Assembly: GCA_963662655.2 (NCBI GenBank)
Contig: CAXXTU010000002.1
Coordinates: 192,001 to 256,000 of the forward strand
DNA from: Candidatus Cloacimonadales bacterium
GTDB taxonomy: Bacteria; Cloacimonadota; Cloacimonadia; Cloacimonadales; JAIOQZ01
DNA: 64,000 nt
Direction: 5' to 3'
Shown in pieces: positions 27,813 through 37,723 of the stretch (positions are counted from its first letter, which is position 1; every line of letters begins with the position of its first letter). The notes beneath the pieces were generated by a model. That model was not told the origin of the DNA. It searched no databases and worked only from the letters and a program-made list of their open reading frames with translations. A program made the position numbers and the translations under genes.

Positions 27813-28919
27813 CTAATCCTGCAAGATTTTTCTGTAAATTTGGAGAAACTGTTTTCGGATCGTGTTTCGCTCGAAATTCTCGTGGACGTATTCGTAGCCT
27901 TGCTCCCCGAGTTTATCGCGATTGATGACGCTCATTTCGAGGATGCCGTCCGCAAGCGCCTGGGCATCGTTATGCTGAACCAGGATTCCACGGTCGGGGA
28001 TCAGATCGGGAAGGATACCGACATTTGTGGAGACCACCGGCTTTTTCATCGCCATGTATTCCAGCGCGATGCGGCTGTTTGCTTCCGAGCCGATGGAGGA
28101 TATCACGCCGATATCCGCGGCGGCGATCAACTCGGCAACATCCTCGACCCAGCCGAGTAAGCGGATGTTGTTCCTGATGAACGGCTTGATCTCCCTGAAG
28201 TGCGGATACTTCGTGTTACCGGCGAGAAGCAGGGTGAATCTAAGGCCATGATCGTTCAGGATTTCCGCCGCCTTTATGAGCCATTTGTGTCCCTTGATCG
28301 GTTCGAATCTTCCGATGTGTACCAGGCAGAGCTCGTCCTTGATGCCAAACTTTCTCCTGCACTCGGCGGGGTAGTACCTGGACGGATTGTAGTGCTCCAC
28401 ATCCAGCGGGAAATGGACGGTCTCCACCTTTGTCTCCGGCAATCCGAAGTCAATAAGCTGCTGGCGCTCTCTCTCCGAAGGAACAATCGTGAGCAGCGTA
28501 TTCCTGTTGTACAGTATCCGGTTGCCGAGATTCGGGCGGATGGGTGTCGCTGTCCCACGGGTTCTAACGATTTTCATGTCGATGCGGGAGAGACGTTTGG
28601 CGAGTATTCCCATCGAATGCATGCCGGAGCGGTAGTAGATGTGCAAGACGTCCGGCTTTTCGCGGCGCAACAGCCGAACGAGCTTGAACAAGCCGACGAT
28701 ATAACGGGCGGGATTCTTGCGGTAACGTAGCTGAGTAATTGTGCAGGTTCGATACCCCGCCGCTTCAGATTGTTGCATCACTCTCGAATCGGGGCCGATC
28801 ACAAATGGAATGAAGCCGCCATCGCGTACAAACTGGATGTTCTCCCAAAGGTTCTGCGCCTCGGCGTTGAAGCCCTCGTAATTGAAGAGGAATGCAACGA
28901 CTTTTTTACTGCGTGCCAT
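27813..28919 (-). CDS. Glycosyltransferase family 4
   Basis: IGRFEPIKGH; EANSRIALEYMAMKKPVVSTNVG (EX7E-type motif). Confidence 0.9.
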   Translation of the reverse strand: MARSKKVVAFLFNYEGFNAEAQNLWENIQFVRDGGFIPFVIGPDSRVMQQSEAAGYRTCTITQLRYRKNPARYIVGLFKLVRLLRREKPDVLHIYYRSGMHSMGILAKRLSRIDMKIVRTRGTATPIRPNLGNRILYNRNTLLTIVPSERERQQLIDFGLPETKVETVHFPLDVEHYNPSRYYPAECRRKFGIKDELCLVHIGRFEPIKGHKWLIKAAEILNDHGLRFTLLLAGNTKYPHFREIKPFIRNNIRLLGWVEDVAELIAAADIGVISSIGSEANSRIALEYMAMKKPVVSTNVGILPDLIPDRGILVQHNDAQALADGILEMSVINRDKLGEQGYEYVHENFERNTIRKQFLQIYRKILQD

Positions 28920-29946
28920 AATGCTCCATGATATACGGAAAAACCGTTTCAGGCTCGATTTCTCTCATGCATTTATGATGGCCCAACGGGCAGCTTTTTC
29001 CACCGTGCTTCCCGCAGGGACGGCAGTCCAGATCAATCTCAAAAATCTTGTCGTTCTTGCCGTAGGGCGTATAGCCAAGACTGGCGACGGTTGGGCCGAA
29101 GAACGTCACGACGGGAGTTCCCATCGCGTTGGCCACGTGCATCAGGCCGCTATCGTTGCACACGAGCAGATCGCAAACGGAAATCACGGAGGCAGCCCTC
29201 AGAATGGATGTATTTCCCGCCAAATTGATCGCCTCGATACCGGCTTCTTCGATGATCTCCTCGCAGTCTTCACGCTCCGATTTAGATCCCAGGAAGATCA
29301 GCTTGAATCCGGAATCTCCCAGTCTCTTCGCGAGGTTGGAATAATAATCCGTCGGCCAGCGTTTGGTGAAGGACATCGATCCCGGCGCAAGCGCGATGAA
29401 TCGTTGCTGGTTGTTCTCCTCCACCAGGTTGATCGCAAACCGGGTGTCTTCCGATGACGGATAAAGCTTTGCCTGAATGGGGAATTTCCTGTCTGTTAGG
29501 GGATGCAGCAGCGACAAATTTTTATCGACACGCCTCATTCCTTTTTGCCAGGGCACACGGATGTTGTAGAATCTGCCCGAAAGTCCCGCGCCGAATCCGA
29601 TTCGGTACCTGATTTCTGCCAGGAGCAGCATGTGTGCCGTTGTGAACGAGCGATGCGCGGAGATGGCGAGACCGTACTTTCTCGCTCGAATCTGTGAGAA
29701 AACCGACGCCAGAGACGCCAGCTTTTCGGGCTTTTTCTTGGAGATCGTCAGGATCGAGTGGATGGAAGGGTTGTTATGCAGAACCGAAGCGTAGTTCCGG
29801 TTGACCAGCACGTCGATTTCAGCCTCGGGATAGAGTTTCTTCAATGCGTCGATCAGCGGCGTTAAGAGGATTACGTCCCCGATAAGCGCGGTTTGAACAA
29901 CGAGTATCTTCCCGGGTTGGAATGTGTTGGGTATGGATAACGGCAT
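28906..29946 (-). CDS. Glycosyltransferase family 9 (LPS heptosyltransferase, WaaF-like)
   Basis: IGDVIL, APGS..KRWP, NDSGLMHVA, FGPT. Confidence 0.9.
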   Translation of the reverse strand: MPLSIPNTFQPGKILVVQTALIGDVILLTPLIDALKKLYPEAEIDVLVNRNYASVLHNNPSIHSILTISKKKPEKLASLASVFSQIRARKYGLAISAHRSFTTAHMLLLAEIRYRIGFGAGLSGRFYNIRVPWQKGMRRVDKNLSLLHPLTDRKFPIQAKLYPSSEDTRFAINLVEENNQQRFIALAPGSMSFTKRWPTDYYSNLAKRLGDSGFKLIFLGSKSEREDCEEIIEEAGIEAINLAGNTSILRAASVISVCDLLVCNDSGLMHVANAMGTPVVTFFGPTVASLGYTPYGKNDKIFEIDLDCRPCGKHGGKSCPLGHHKCMREIEPETVFPYIMEHYGTQ

Positions 29947-29990
29947 CTGGTATTATCTCGCAAGTATTGGGATCATGCACTGAATAGAGA

Positions 29991-30014
29991 ATCAGCCCGG
30001 TTTCCCGGGCTGAT
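29991..30014 (-). terminator. Hairpin downstream of serC (possible terminator or attenuator)
   Basis: atcagcccgg-tttc-ccgggctgat perfect 10-bp stem. Confidence 0.6.
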
Positions 30015-30021
30015 CGAAATC

Positions 30022-31104
30022 TTATTTATTATTTTTCTCAAATTCAACCATGAACTCAGCCAGTTGCTGACAGGCTGTCATTGGAAGCGCGTTGTAAGTG
30101 GACGCTCTGCAACCGCCTACGCTGCGATGTCCCTTGAGGTTCGACATCCCATTTTCGGCTGCTTCCGCAACGAACTTCTTCTCGAGGTCTTCCGATGGAA
30201 GACGGAACACGATGTTCATGAGAGAACGGTCTTCCGTGTTCACCGGTGAGCGATAGAATTCCGAGTTGTCGATTACGTTGTAGATGAGCCCGGCTTTCTC
30301 TATGTTGTGTTTCTCAACGGCTGCAAGTCCGCCCATGTCTTCGATCCACTTGAGGACGAGTCCCACCATGTAAATCGGGAAGCAAGGAGGCGTGTTGAAC
30401 ATAGAACCCTTATCGATGTGGGTTTTATAGGAAAGCATGGTTGGAAGCCCGGTGTTGAACTTCTCTTGCATGTCTTTTCGGATAACCACCATAGTAACGC
30501 CGGCAGGACCGATGTTCTTCTGCGCGCCTGCATAGATCAGCGCGTGCTTGGCGTAGTCCATCGGCTTGCTGAGGAAGTTGGAGGACATGTCCGCGATAAG
30601 CGGAAGATCGCCCACCTCAGGGATGTACTTGAACTCGGTACCGCTGATGGTGTTGTTGGTGGTGTAGTGAAGGTATGCAGGATTCTCGGAGAGCTTGAAT
30701 TCCTTGGGGATGAAAGAGAAATTCGTATCTTCGGATGTTGCCGCAACATGACATTGCTTGCCGATCTTCTTGATTTCTTTAATCGCTGTGTTCGACCATG
30801 TACCGGTGTTGATGTAGTTACCGACCTTGCCTTCCGGGCAGAGGTTCATCGGGACCATGAGGAATTGTAAGCTTGCTCCGCCACCGAGGAAAAGGACGTC
30901 GTAGTTGTCGCCGAGGTTCATGATGCGCTTTGCGCGATTCATGGCGTCGTCGATGATTTCCTGGTAGGCTTTGCTGCGGTGGCTCATCTCCATGACGGAG
31001 AGTCCCAAACCCTTGTAGTTGAACAACTCTTTCTGTGCTTCACGAAGCACTTCTTCCGGCAGTACTGCTGGGCCTGCGCTAAAGTTCGCGATTCTGTCTT
31101 TCAT
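30022..31104 (-). CDS. serC: Phosphoserine aminotransferase
   Basis: NFSAGPA, MSHRS, DMSS, AGAQKNIGPAG, GHRSVGG; AGGAGG RBS before ATG 31104. Confidence 0.95.
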   Translation of the reverse strand: MKDRIANFSAGPAVLPEEVLREAQKELFNYKGLGLSVMEMSHRSKAYQEIIDDAMNRAKRIMNLGDNYDVLFLGGGASLQFLMVPMNLCPEGKVGNYINTGTWSNTAIKEIKKIGKQCHVAATSEDTNFSFIPKEFKLSENPAYLHYTTNNTISGTEFKYIPEVGDLPLIADMSSNFLSKPMDYAKHALIYAGAQKNIGPAGVTMVVIRKDMQEKFNTGLPTMLSYKTHIDKGSMFNTPPCFPIYMVGLVLKWIEDMGGLAAVEKHNIEKAGLIYNVIDNSEFYRSPVNTEDRSLMNIVFRLPSEDLEKKFVAEAAENGMSNLKGHRSVGGCRASTYNALPMTACQQLAEFMVEFEKNNK

Positions 31105-31248
31105 TAATCCTCCTGAAATCGGTTTATTGAATATCAATTTTCATGCACGTTAAAGTCAAAGACCACAATACTTGAGATAAGTTTTATCGCGGCCCTTTCC
31201 GTGCAAGTTTTTTTTAGCTATTCACCCCGAATTTACAGAAATACTTTC

Positions 31249-31752
31249 TTACTCCTTGTCTCGCAAAGAAGTACCTTGCATAAATCTATGGTCGCTCCGA
31301 TGCTTGCGTGCATCGATTGCTTTCTTATCCAGCCAGCCTGTACGCACTTCTTCCGGCGATTCGAACCCCGGTACGTAGGGCTTGATGTCAAGTAGCGGCG
31401 TTCCGTCGAGCGCGTCAATGTTTTCGATGAGAAGATGATTGCCTTCGACCGAAATCAGCCTGACAAGCGAAAGGCCGATCGGATTGGGGCGGCAAGGGGC
31501 GCGTGTGGCGAACAGACCCCGCTCATTGTTGTCGAGGAAAGGTTTGACCGTCAATCTGGCAACTTTGTTTTGGTGGAAATGGTACATGATGTAGATGTGA
31601 GAAAATCCTTCCAGATCTTTCAGCCCTTCGGCGAATTCCGGAAAGATTTCGATCTCGCCTTTCACTTCGGACGCGCCTACCGGTTGGATCGGCATGTCGG
31701 TCAACGCTTTGAAAGGCGAATGGATGATTCCGATTGGCTTATAGAATATCAC
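31249..31752 (-). CDS. tsaA: tRNA (N6-threonylcarbamoyladenosine-37)-methyltransferase TrmO/TsaA
   Basis: PIGIIHSPF, GLFATRAPCRPNPIGLS, DGTPLLDIKPY. Confidence 0.92.
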   Translation of the reverse strand: MIFYKPIGIIHSPFKALTDMPIQPVGASEVKGEIEIFPEFAEGLKDLEGFSHIYIMYHFHQNKVARLTVKPFLDNNERGLFATRAPCRPNPIGLSLVRLISVEGNHLLIENIDALDGTPLLDIKPYVPGFESPEEVRTGWLDKKAIDARKHRSDHRFMQGTSLRDKE

Positions 31753-32936
31753 TTCCCGGGATATTTCCTTACTTTCAAGAACGTGATGTCGTCAGGGACA
31801 TGTTCGCTGGTAAAGTCGAACTTCTTCACCAGTTCGTCCAGCGTCAGGTCGAGGCTGTTCATCTGGGCGAGGAGATAGTTGTTCTTCTCGTGAGGCGTCG
31901 GGTAGTCCAGGAGGTCTAGAATACCGTCCGAGACCAGATACAGGGCGAATTCATCCGAGAGCGGTATCTCGATTTCCTCGTATTGCGTGAAATCGAATAC
32001 GCCGATGGGGAAGCTCTTTTGAGGGATGAACTTCGATTTGCCGTTGTAGATGATCGGGAACGGGTACTGACCGCCGTTGGCGCACAGCATGGTGTGCTGC
32101 TCGGTGTCGATCACGCCGAAGAAGATGGTGAGGAATTTATCGATGTTCTGATATAAAATTTCCGCGTTGAGTTCCTGAAGGATCTTCGACGGACTGAAGA
32201 TTGTCCGGTCTCCTTCATCGAAATACTCCCGCAACTGGCGTGACATAAAGCTCTTGAGAAGAACCGTCACGAAAGCGGAGGATACGCCGTGGCCGGACAC
32301 ATCGGCGATGTAGAATCCGATGTGGGTGTCGTCGATGGCGAAGTAGTCGAGGAAATCGCCGCTCAGAAACGTGGAAGGGATCAGATGCCGGCTGAATTCG
32401 TAGTTTCCGAACATCTGAATTTCGAGCGGGAGAAGCTGGAATTGAATCCTTCTACCGGATTTCTCGTCTTCCTCCAGCTTGGTGATGACGTCGCTCAGCT
32501 CTTGATTCACCTTCATCAGGTGCTCGCGCTGAAGGCGATTGTCTCGTAAGAGTTGCGCTCGCTCGAAGGAACGTTCCAGAGAATGCTGGAAGATGTCGAG
32601 CTTTGAAACCGGCTTGAGGATGTAGTCCCAAGCGCCTTGGCGAATGGCTTTGACAACCTCCTGCACGTCGTTGAGCCCCGAAACCGCGATGATCGGGATC
32701 TCGGGATAGGTCTTGCTGACGTGCGAGATAACCTGGAATCCGTCGATTTCCGGCATCATCAAGTCCACCAGAATCATATCGACTTTTTCGTTCTTGAGAG
32801 TTTCAAGCGCGACCCCGCCGTGCGAGGCTTCCAGGGTTTCATAGCCTAATCGGTTCAATATTGTACATAACGTGTAACGTACAATTTCTTCATCCTCGGT
32901 AACGAGAATTCTCTTTTTGAGCTCTTGGTCAGCCAT
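31749..32936 (-). CDS. Response regulator with SpoIIE/PP2C phosphatase output domain
   Basis: REC domain (EDE, DLMMP, KP) plus SGDFLDY, ADVSGHG, SDG, DDIT. Confidence 0.9.
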   Translation of the reverse strand: MADQELKKRILVTEDEEIVRYTLCTILNRLGYETLEASHGGVALETLKNEKVDMILVDLMMPEIDGFQVISHVSKTYPEIPIIAVSGLNDVQEVVKAIRQGAWDYILKPVSKLDIFQHSLERSFERAQLLRDNRLQREHLMKVNQELSDVITKLEEDEKSGRRIQFQLLPLEIQMFGNYEFSRHLIPSTFLSGDFLDYFAIDDTHIGFYIADVSGHGVSSAFVTVLLKSFMSRQLREYFDEGDRTIFSPSKILQELNAEILYQNIDKFLTIFFGVIDTEQHTMLCANGGQYPFPIIYNGKSKFIPQKSFPIGVFDFTQYEEIEIPLSDEFALYLVSDGILDLLDYPTPHEKNNYLLAQMNSLDLTLDELVKKFDFTSEHVPDDITFLKVRKYPGK

Positions 32937-33040
32937 TTTGTTCCTACGTCCTGAGTATTATTTTTGATCTTACATCAAATCAAGAATCGATTCACTTATC
33001 TGTCAACAATTTCATGTTCATCGCATGAAATTCTTAATAA

Positions 33041-36000
33041 TCACGGGCGAACGATAACGCGTTTCAGCACTGCTCCGATCTCCTCAATCTTGTATGGTTT
33101 TGGGATTACGTCGAGGAATCCGTACTCCCTGAAATTCTCGATCGTCAGGTTGCTGCTGTATCCGCTGGAGGCTATTGCCCTGATATCCGGGTCCATTTCC
33201 ATCAGGTGCTTGATGCATTCCTTGCCGCCCATCGCACCCGGAACGGTCAGGTCAAGGATAACCGCTGCGTACGGTTTGTTGCTCTCCAGAGCTTCACGAT
33301 ATTTATCGATCGCTTCTTCTCCATGATCGGCAAAATCCACTCTGTACTGAAGAAATTCGAGGAAGTTACCGATCGAATCCTTCACAATCTGGTCATCGTC
33401 CATCACAAGGATAGACTGGTGCTGCCCTTGAATATCCTGCACCTTTGCTTTGCCGGTCTCGATGGATTCCGTTGTGGATGGGAGGAAGATATCGAACCTT
33501 GCGCCTTCTCCCGGGCGTGACTCGACCTGTATGTGGCCTTTGTGATTCTTGATGATGGAATAGGTCATCGAAAGGCCCAGTCCATTGCCCTCTTCCTTCG
33601 TCGTGAAATAGGGATCGAAGATTTTGTCCAGAAACTCCTGCGGTATCCCCGGCCCATTGTCTACGATGGTCAACTTCACGTAGAGCCCGGGCTTGAGCGA
33701 TACGATCTGCTCCGGTTTCACGGCAACATTGCATGCGGATATTTTTAAAATTCCGCCCTCTTTCATGGCCTGAAGGGCATTTAAAACAAGATTGTTCACC
33801 ACCTGGCTGATCTGGCCGGGATCGACGTTTACCTGATCCAGGTTATCGGCGAAATCGAGATCGCTCTTCACGTTCGATCCGCTCATGACGAACGACACGG
33901 TTTCCTTGACAATCTCGATCAGGTTCGTTGTCTGCTTGATGGGATCACCCCCTTTGGAAAATGTAAGAAGCTGGTGCGTGAGGTCCCTTGCCTGGAGAGC
34001 GGCTTTTTCGGCGTTGGTGATCTTTTCTGTTATTTTCGGGTGCTCGGTCGCGAATATCTTTGCGATCGAGATATTTCCGATGATTGCAGTGAGGATATTG
34101 TTGAAGTCGTGTGCGATGCCTCCCGCGAGCAGGGAAAGGGTTTCCATCTTCTGGATTTTCATGATTTCCCGCTCCAGCGCATGTTTCTCGGTGATATCCC
34201 TGAAAACGAGCACCAGTCCCACGGCATTGCCTGAGTGATCGTGGATGGGGGCGGCGCTGTAGATAATCAAGTGTTCGCTTCCATCGGTGGAAACCAGCAT
34301 GGACTGTTCTTCCAGTTCGATGGAATTGCCCGACTGGAGTAGGTTTGTGACCGGATTGTTGATCGGCGAACGGGTCGATTCGTCCACGAGGTTGAACACT
34401 TCCGAGATGGGCTTGTTCATCGCGTTCGCCACCGTCCATCCGGTGAGTTCGGAGGCAACCTGGTTGAGGAGCGTCACGCGTCCTTCGATATCCGTGGCAA
34501 TAACGGCATCGACGATGCTCGCAAGGATGACGGAAAGATGCTCCTTCTCGGCAGCCAAGGCCTTATCCGCCATTTTTTGACGGGTGATATCCTGAATTGC
34601 AATAATGACATGATCTTCGTTGTTGACCTTCATCATGCTTCCTGACATGATGACGGGAAATTCGTCTCCGTTTTTACGCGCATTGACAAACTCGGTTGCA
34701 AACCAACCCAATGCCTTGGCATCGCGCGCAACCTTCATGATATCATCCACTCTTGATTTAGGCACAAGGTCGACAACGCTCATTCCGAGCAGTTCGTCGC
34801 GAGTGTAACCGGTCATTGTCTGCGCTGCCTCGTTGCAATCGATGATTTTATCGGCGAATCGCTCCAGATACAACGCAACGGGTGTCGAGTTGAATATCAT
34901 CTTGAAGCGGTCCTGCGCAGTCTGAAGGTCTTTTACAGCAGTGTTGTGATCGGTGATGTCCCTGTATATTGCAAAAACTCCGATCTGCTCTTCGCTCATG
35001 AAAATGGGGTATCCCATTATGGCGACGTCTATCGAAGCGCCGTCCTTTCTCATTCGTTTCGATTCATGGATAATGGTCTGCTTGTTCAAGACCATGTTCG
35101 AATACCCGGAGGCTTCGTCGTACAGTTCCATTGGCACGATGAGGCTATTGATGGTTTTTCCGATGCATTCCTCCGGTTGATACTGGAACATCCTGGAAAA
35201 GCTCGTGTTGATCATCATCACTTCGTCGCGGTTGTTCACCAGTGCGATCGCCGTGGGAGAATTCTCGAAAAGCTGCTCGAAATACGCCTTCTGAACCTCG
35301 AGCTCCTCAAGCCTGGCGCTCACCTCGGAAATGTTCGTGACAATCACGAAACTCCCCAAATCGTCCGGGGAAATCCCGTATACCTGATTGATCGAGATGA
35401 TCACCGGAATGGGGGCCCCCTCAAGGGGTTTGATTTTCACTTCCAGGCTTACCGACCGAGGCGCGTTTTCCCGTGCCGCAAAACCCGATGCGATATCCCG
35501 CTCGCTCAATTCATGGATGAAATCGGCGAGCTTGTATCGATGAATGTCCTTGCGGTCCGCTCCGACAAGACGACAGAACGGTTCGTTGGCATATTTGATT
35601 TGTCCGTTGACCGTGATCCGCGCGAATCCCTCGTTCATCGCCTCGATGATCTGCGAATAGCGCATCTGATTCCTGTATGTCTCCTGCTCCGCTTTTCTTC
35701 TGAAGCTGATCTCCGATTCGAGCTCTTTGTCCCGCTCGAAAAGCGTCATCATCTTTGCGCGGATTTTTCGGCGCGAAGACAATATAATGATCAACGCGAC
35801 CAGGCAGAGTAGGGCGAATGAGAAGAGTGCCGTCTGGAAAATTTTGCTCTGGTTTTCCTTGCCCTGGTCAATGATGTTGGGTGTTATGTTCAGCCAGCGA
35901 TTGATCGCCTTGTAATAGGCCGATTGCGGGTCGGATTTCATCTGCTCGAGGTGCCTGTCGATCATCTTGAGCAGCGTGGCATTGCTTTCCTTCCTCGATG

Positions 36001-36622
36001 CGAAGCGCAACTCGATCGGCTTGAAGATGATCCCGCTTGGCACCAGATCGAAGCGGCTTTCGTGGATTCTGCCGTAAAACCGGGCAACGATTCCGGCATC
36101 GACTTCGCCGCTGTCAATCAACCGAAACACTCCGTCATAGTCATCGACGACGACAAAATCCGTCGGGATGTCGAATTTCGCCAGCTTGTCCCTGAGGTCT
36201 TCATAATAGATGTCTTTTTCAACATAAGCGATTTTTTTGTCTTTAAGGTCCAGAATGGTCGTAATGGGGGACTTCTCCCGGATATAGATTCTCCCCCAAT
36301 TTGTCAGCACTGCCTGCTGGTTGTAGTTAAAGCGCTCGGCCCTTTCATCGGTGTATGCGATTGCCACCATCAGTTCGACCCACCCCTGCGCAAGGAGATC
36401 GAGGCATTCCGTGAATGTTCCGCCGACGTAAATCAGCGTCCATCCTTCTTTCTGGGCAATCTCATTGAGGATGTCGATGTAGAGCCCTTCAATCTGGCCG
36501 TCCTCGCTGGTGAACACCAACGGGTGGTTTTCGTACACCGCAACGCGAATAACGGTTTCGGCGCATAGGATAGAGAAAAAAAGCATCAGGAATACGAATC
36601 CGGGAAGTATAAATCTTTTCAT
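33041..36622 (-). CDS. Hybrid sensor histidine kinase (periplasmic solute-binding domain, multiple PAS domains, HisKA, HATPase, REC)
   Basis: AGGIAHDFNN, NLVLNA, DNGPGI, FDPYFTTK, GLGL, C-terminal DDD...DLTVPG...KPY. Confidence 0.92.
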   Translation of the reverse strand: MKRFILPGFVFLMLFFSILCAETVIRVAVYENHPLVFTSEDGQIEGLYIDILNEIAQKEGWTLIYVGGTFTECLDLLAQGWVELMVAIAYTDERAERFNYNQQAVLTNWGRIYIREKSPITTILDLKDKKIAYVEKDIYYEDLRDKLAKFDIPTDFVVVDDYDGVFRLIDSGEVDAGIVARFYGRIHESRFDLVPSGIIFKPIELRFASRKESNATLLKMIDRHLEQMKSDPQSAYYKAINRWLNITPNIIDQGKENQSKIFQTALFSFALLCLVALIIILSSRRKIRAKMMTLFERDKELESEISFRRKAEQETYRNQMRYSQIIEAMNEGFARITVNGQIKYANEPFCRLVGADRKDIHRYKLADFIHELSERDIASGFAARENAPRSVSLEVKIKPLEGAPIPVIISINQVYGISPDDLGSFVIVTNISEVSARLEELEVQKAYFEQLFENSPTAIALVNNRDEVMMINTSFSRMFQYQPEECIGKTINSLIVPMELYDEASGYSNMVLNKQTIIHESKRMRKDGASIDVAIMGYPIFMSEEQIGVFAIYRDITDHNTAVKDLQTAQDRFKMIFNSTPVALYLERFADKIIDCNEAAQTMTGYTRDELLGMSVVDLVPKSRVDDIMKVARDAKALGWFATEFVNARKNGDEFPVIMSGSMMKVNNEDHVIIAIQDITRQKMADKALAAEKEHLSVILASIVDAVIATDIEGRVTLLNQVASELTGWTVANAMNKPISEVFNLVDESTRSPINNPVTNLLQSGNSIELEEQSMLVSTDGSEHLIIYSAAPIHDHSGNAVGLVLVFRDITEKHALEREIMKIQKMETLSLLAGGIAHDFNNILTAIIGNISIAKIFATEHPKITEKITNAEKAALQARDLTHQLLTFSKGGDPIKQTTNLIEIVKETVSFVMSGSNVKSDLDFADNLDQVNVDPGQISQVVNNLVLNALQAMKEGGILKISACNVAVKPEQIVSLKPGLYVKLTIVDNGPGIPQEFLDKIFDPYFTTKEEGNGLGLSMTYSIIKNHKGHIQVESRPGEGARFDIFLPSTTESIETGKAKVQDIQGQHQSILVMDDDQIVKDSIGNFLEFLQYRVDFADHGEEAIDKYREALESNKPYAAVILDLTVPGAMGGKECIKHLMEMDPDIRAIASSGYSSNLTIENFREYGFLDVIPKPYKIEEIGAVLKRVIVRP

Positions 36623-36725
36623 AGGCGCTTCGCTTACGTTCGGTCAATCAGTTACGTTAAGTAAAAACCAGGCGGGACGCTTCTCTCAAGCATTCCGCGT
36701 TTTATATCGTAGAAGGCTATCGGCT

Positions 36726-37667
36726 CTAAGAGCCTGAGATTTTGTAGAATGTTCCGCGTTCGAGAACTTCCGATTCGATCTCGCTATTTTGAATCAGCTT
36801 CTTCAGTTCCGGAAGCAGGTATTTCTCGGCAACTTGCAGGGAAGCGGAGAGATCGGCCGAGGTGCAGGGCCTTCTCCGGATCAGGTTGATAATCCGGTCT
36901 CGAAGATCGACGGAGGCATCCTTCTGCTCGATGAACAGAGAGAATCGGGCGATGATTTCCACCGGCAAGTCGCTCCATGAATCCGCAATGGCTCGCATTT
37001 CGTTTTCCGACATGGGCCTGACCCAGTCTTCCGTTCCCGGGCGGTCCAGCGTGTTGAGCTGAACGCGGTCGGGTTGGATGTCTGCGATTACTTCGTGGAG
37101 CCGGGTGAGTTCGTCCTGCGTGTCGTTGATTCCTTTAACGAGAAACACTTCCAGCCACATTTCGCCGGAGAAATCTTTCTGGAAAATCTTCAGGCCCTCG
37201 ATGATATCACGGATATCGATGCCGGGGGCGGGGCGGTTCACTTTGCGGAAGACCTTTTGTGTCGCCGCGTCTAGGGACGGCAGTAAAATGTTGCAGGCTA
37301 AAAGGCTCTCTCTTACCTCTGCGATTGCCATCGTGGTTGCGTTTGTAATGACAGCGAGAGGATATTCGGGATATTTCCGTTTGATGTGCCGCGCGATTTC
37401 GCCCAAGCCGGAGTGGAGGGTTGGTTCCCCTGCGCCGGAAAAGGTGATGATGTCCAGTGTGGGTTTCTGCGAGAGGTAGTGATCGATTTCAGCAATGATT
37501 TCCTGCGTGGGATACCAGGCTTCCAGGTTTGTCGTCAGGTGGGTTGTTGCGCCCGATTCGCAATAAACGCAATTCAGGCTGCATGTTTTGTAGGGAATCA
37601 GGTCGACTCCGAGCGACATGCCGAGCCTTCTGGACGGAACGGGACCAAATAAATACCGGTACTGCAT
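36726..37667 (-). CDS. Radical SAM protein
   Basis: FGPVPSRRLG, CSLNCVYC, GAGEPTL. Confidence 0.9.
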   Translation of the reverse strand: MQYRYLFGPVPSRRLGMSLGVDLIPYKTCSLNCVYCESGATTHLTTNLEAWYPTQEIIAEIDHYLSQKPTLDIITFSGAGEPTLHSGLGEIARHIKRKYPEYPLAVITNATTMAIAEVRESLLACNILLPSLDAATQKVFRKVNRPAPGIDIRDIIEGLKIFQKDFSGEMWLEVFLVKGINDTQDELTRLHEVIADIQPDRVQLNTLDRPGTEDWVRPMSENEMRAIADSWSDLPVEIIARFSLFIEQKDASVDLRDRIINLIRRRPCTSADLSASLQVAEKYLLPELKKLIQNSEIESEVLERGTFYKISGS

Positions 37668-37685
37668 TTTGACTGCTCTCGTAAT

Positions 37686-37706
37686 AGGGGGAGACGCGCT
37701 CCCCCT
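37686..37706 (-). terminator. Intercistronic hairpin between the phosphomannomutase and radical SAM genes
   Basis: agggggag-acgcg-ctccccct. Confidence 0.5.
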
Positions 37707-37723
37707 TCAATGTAGTGTTTCGA

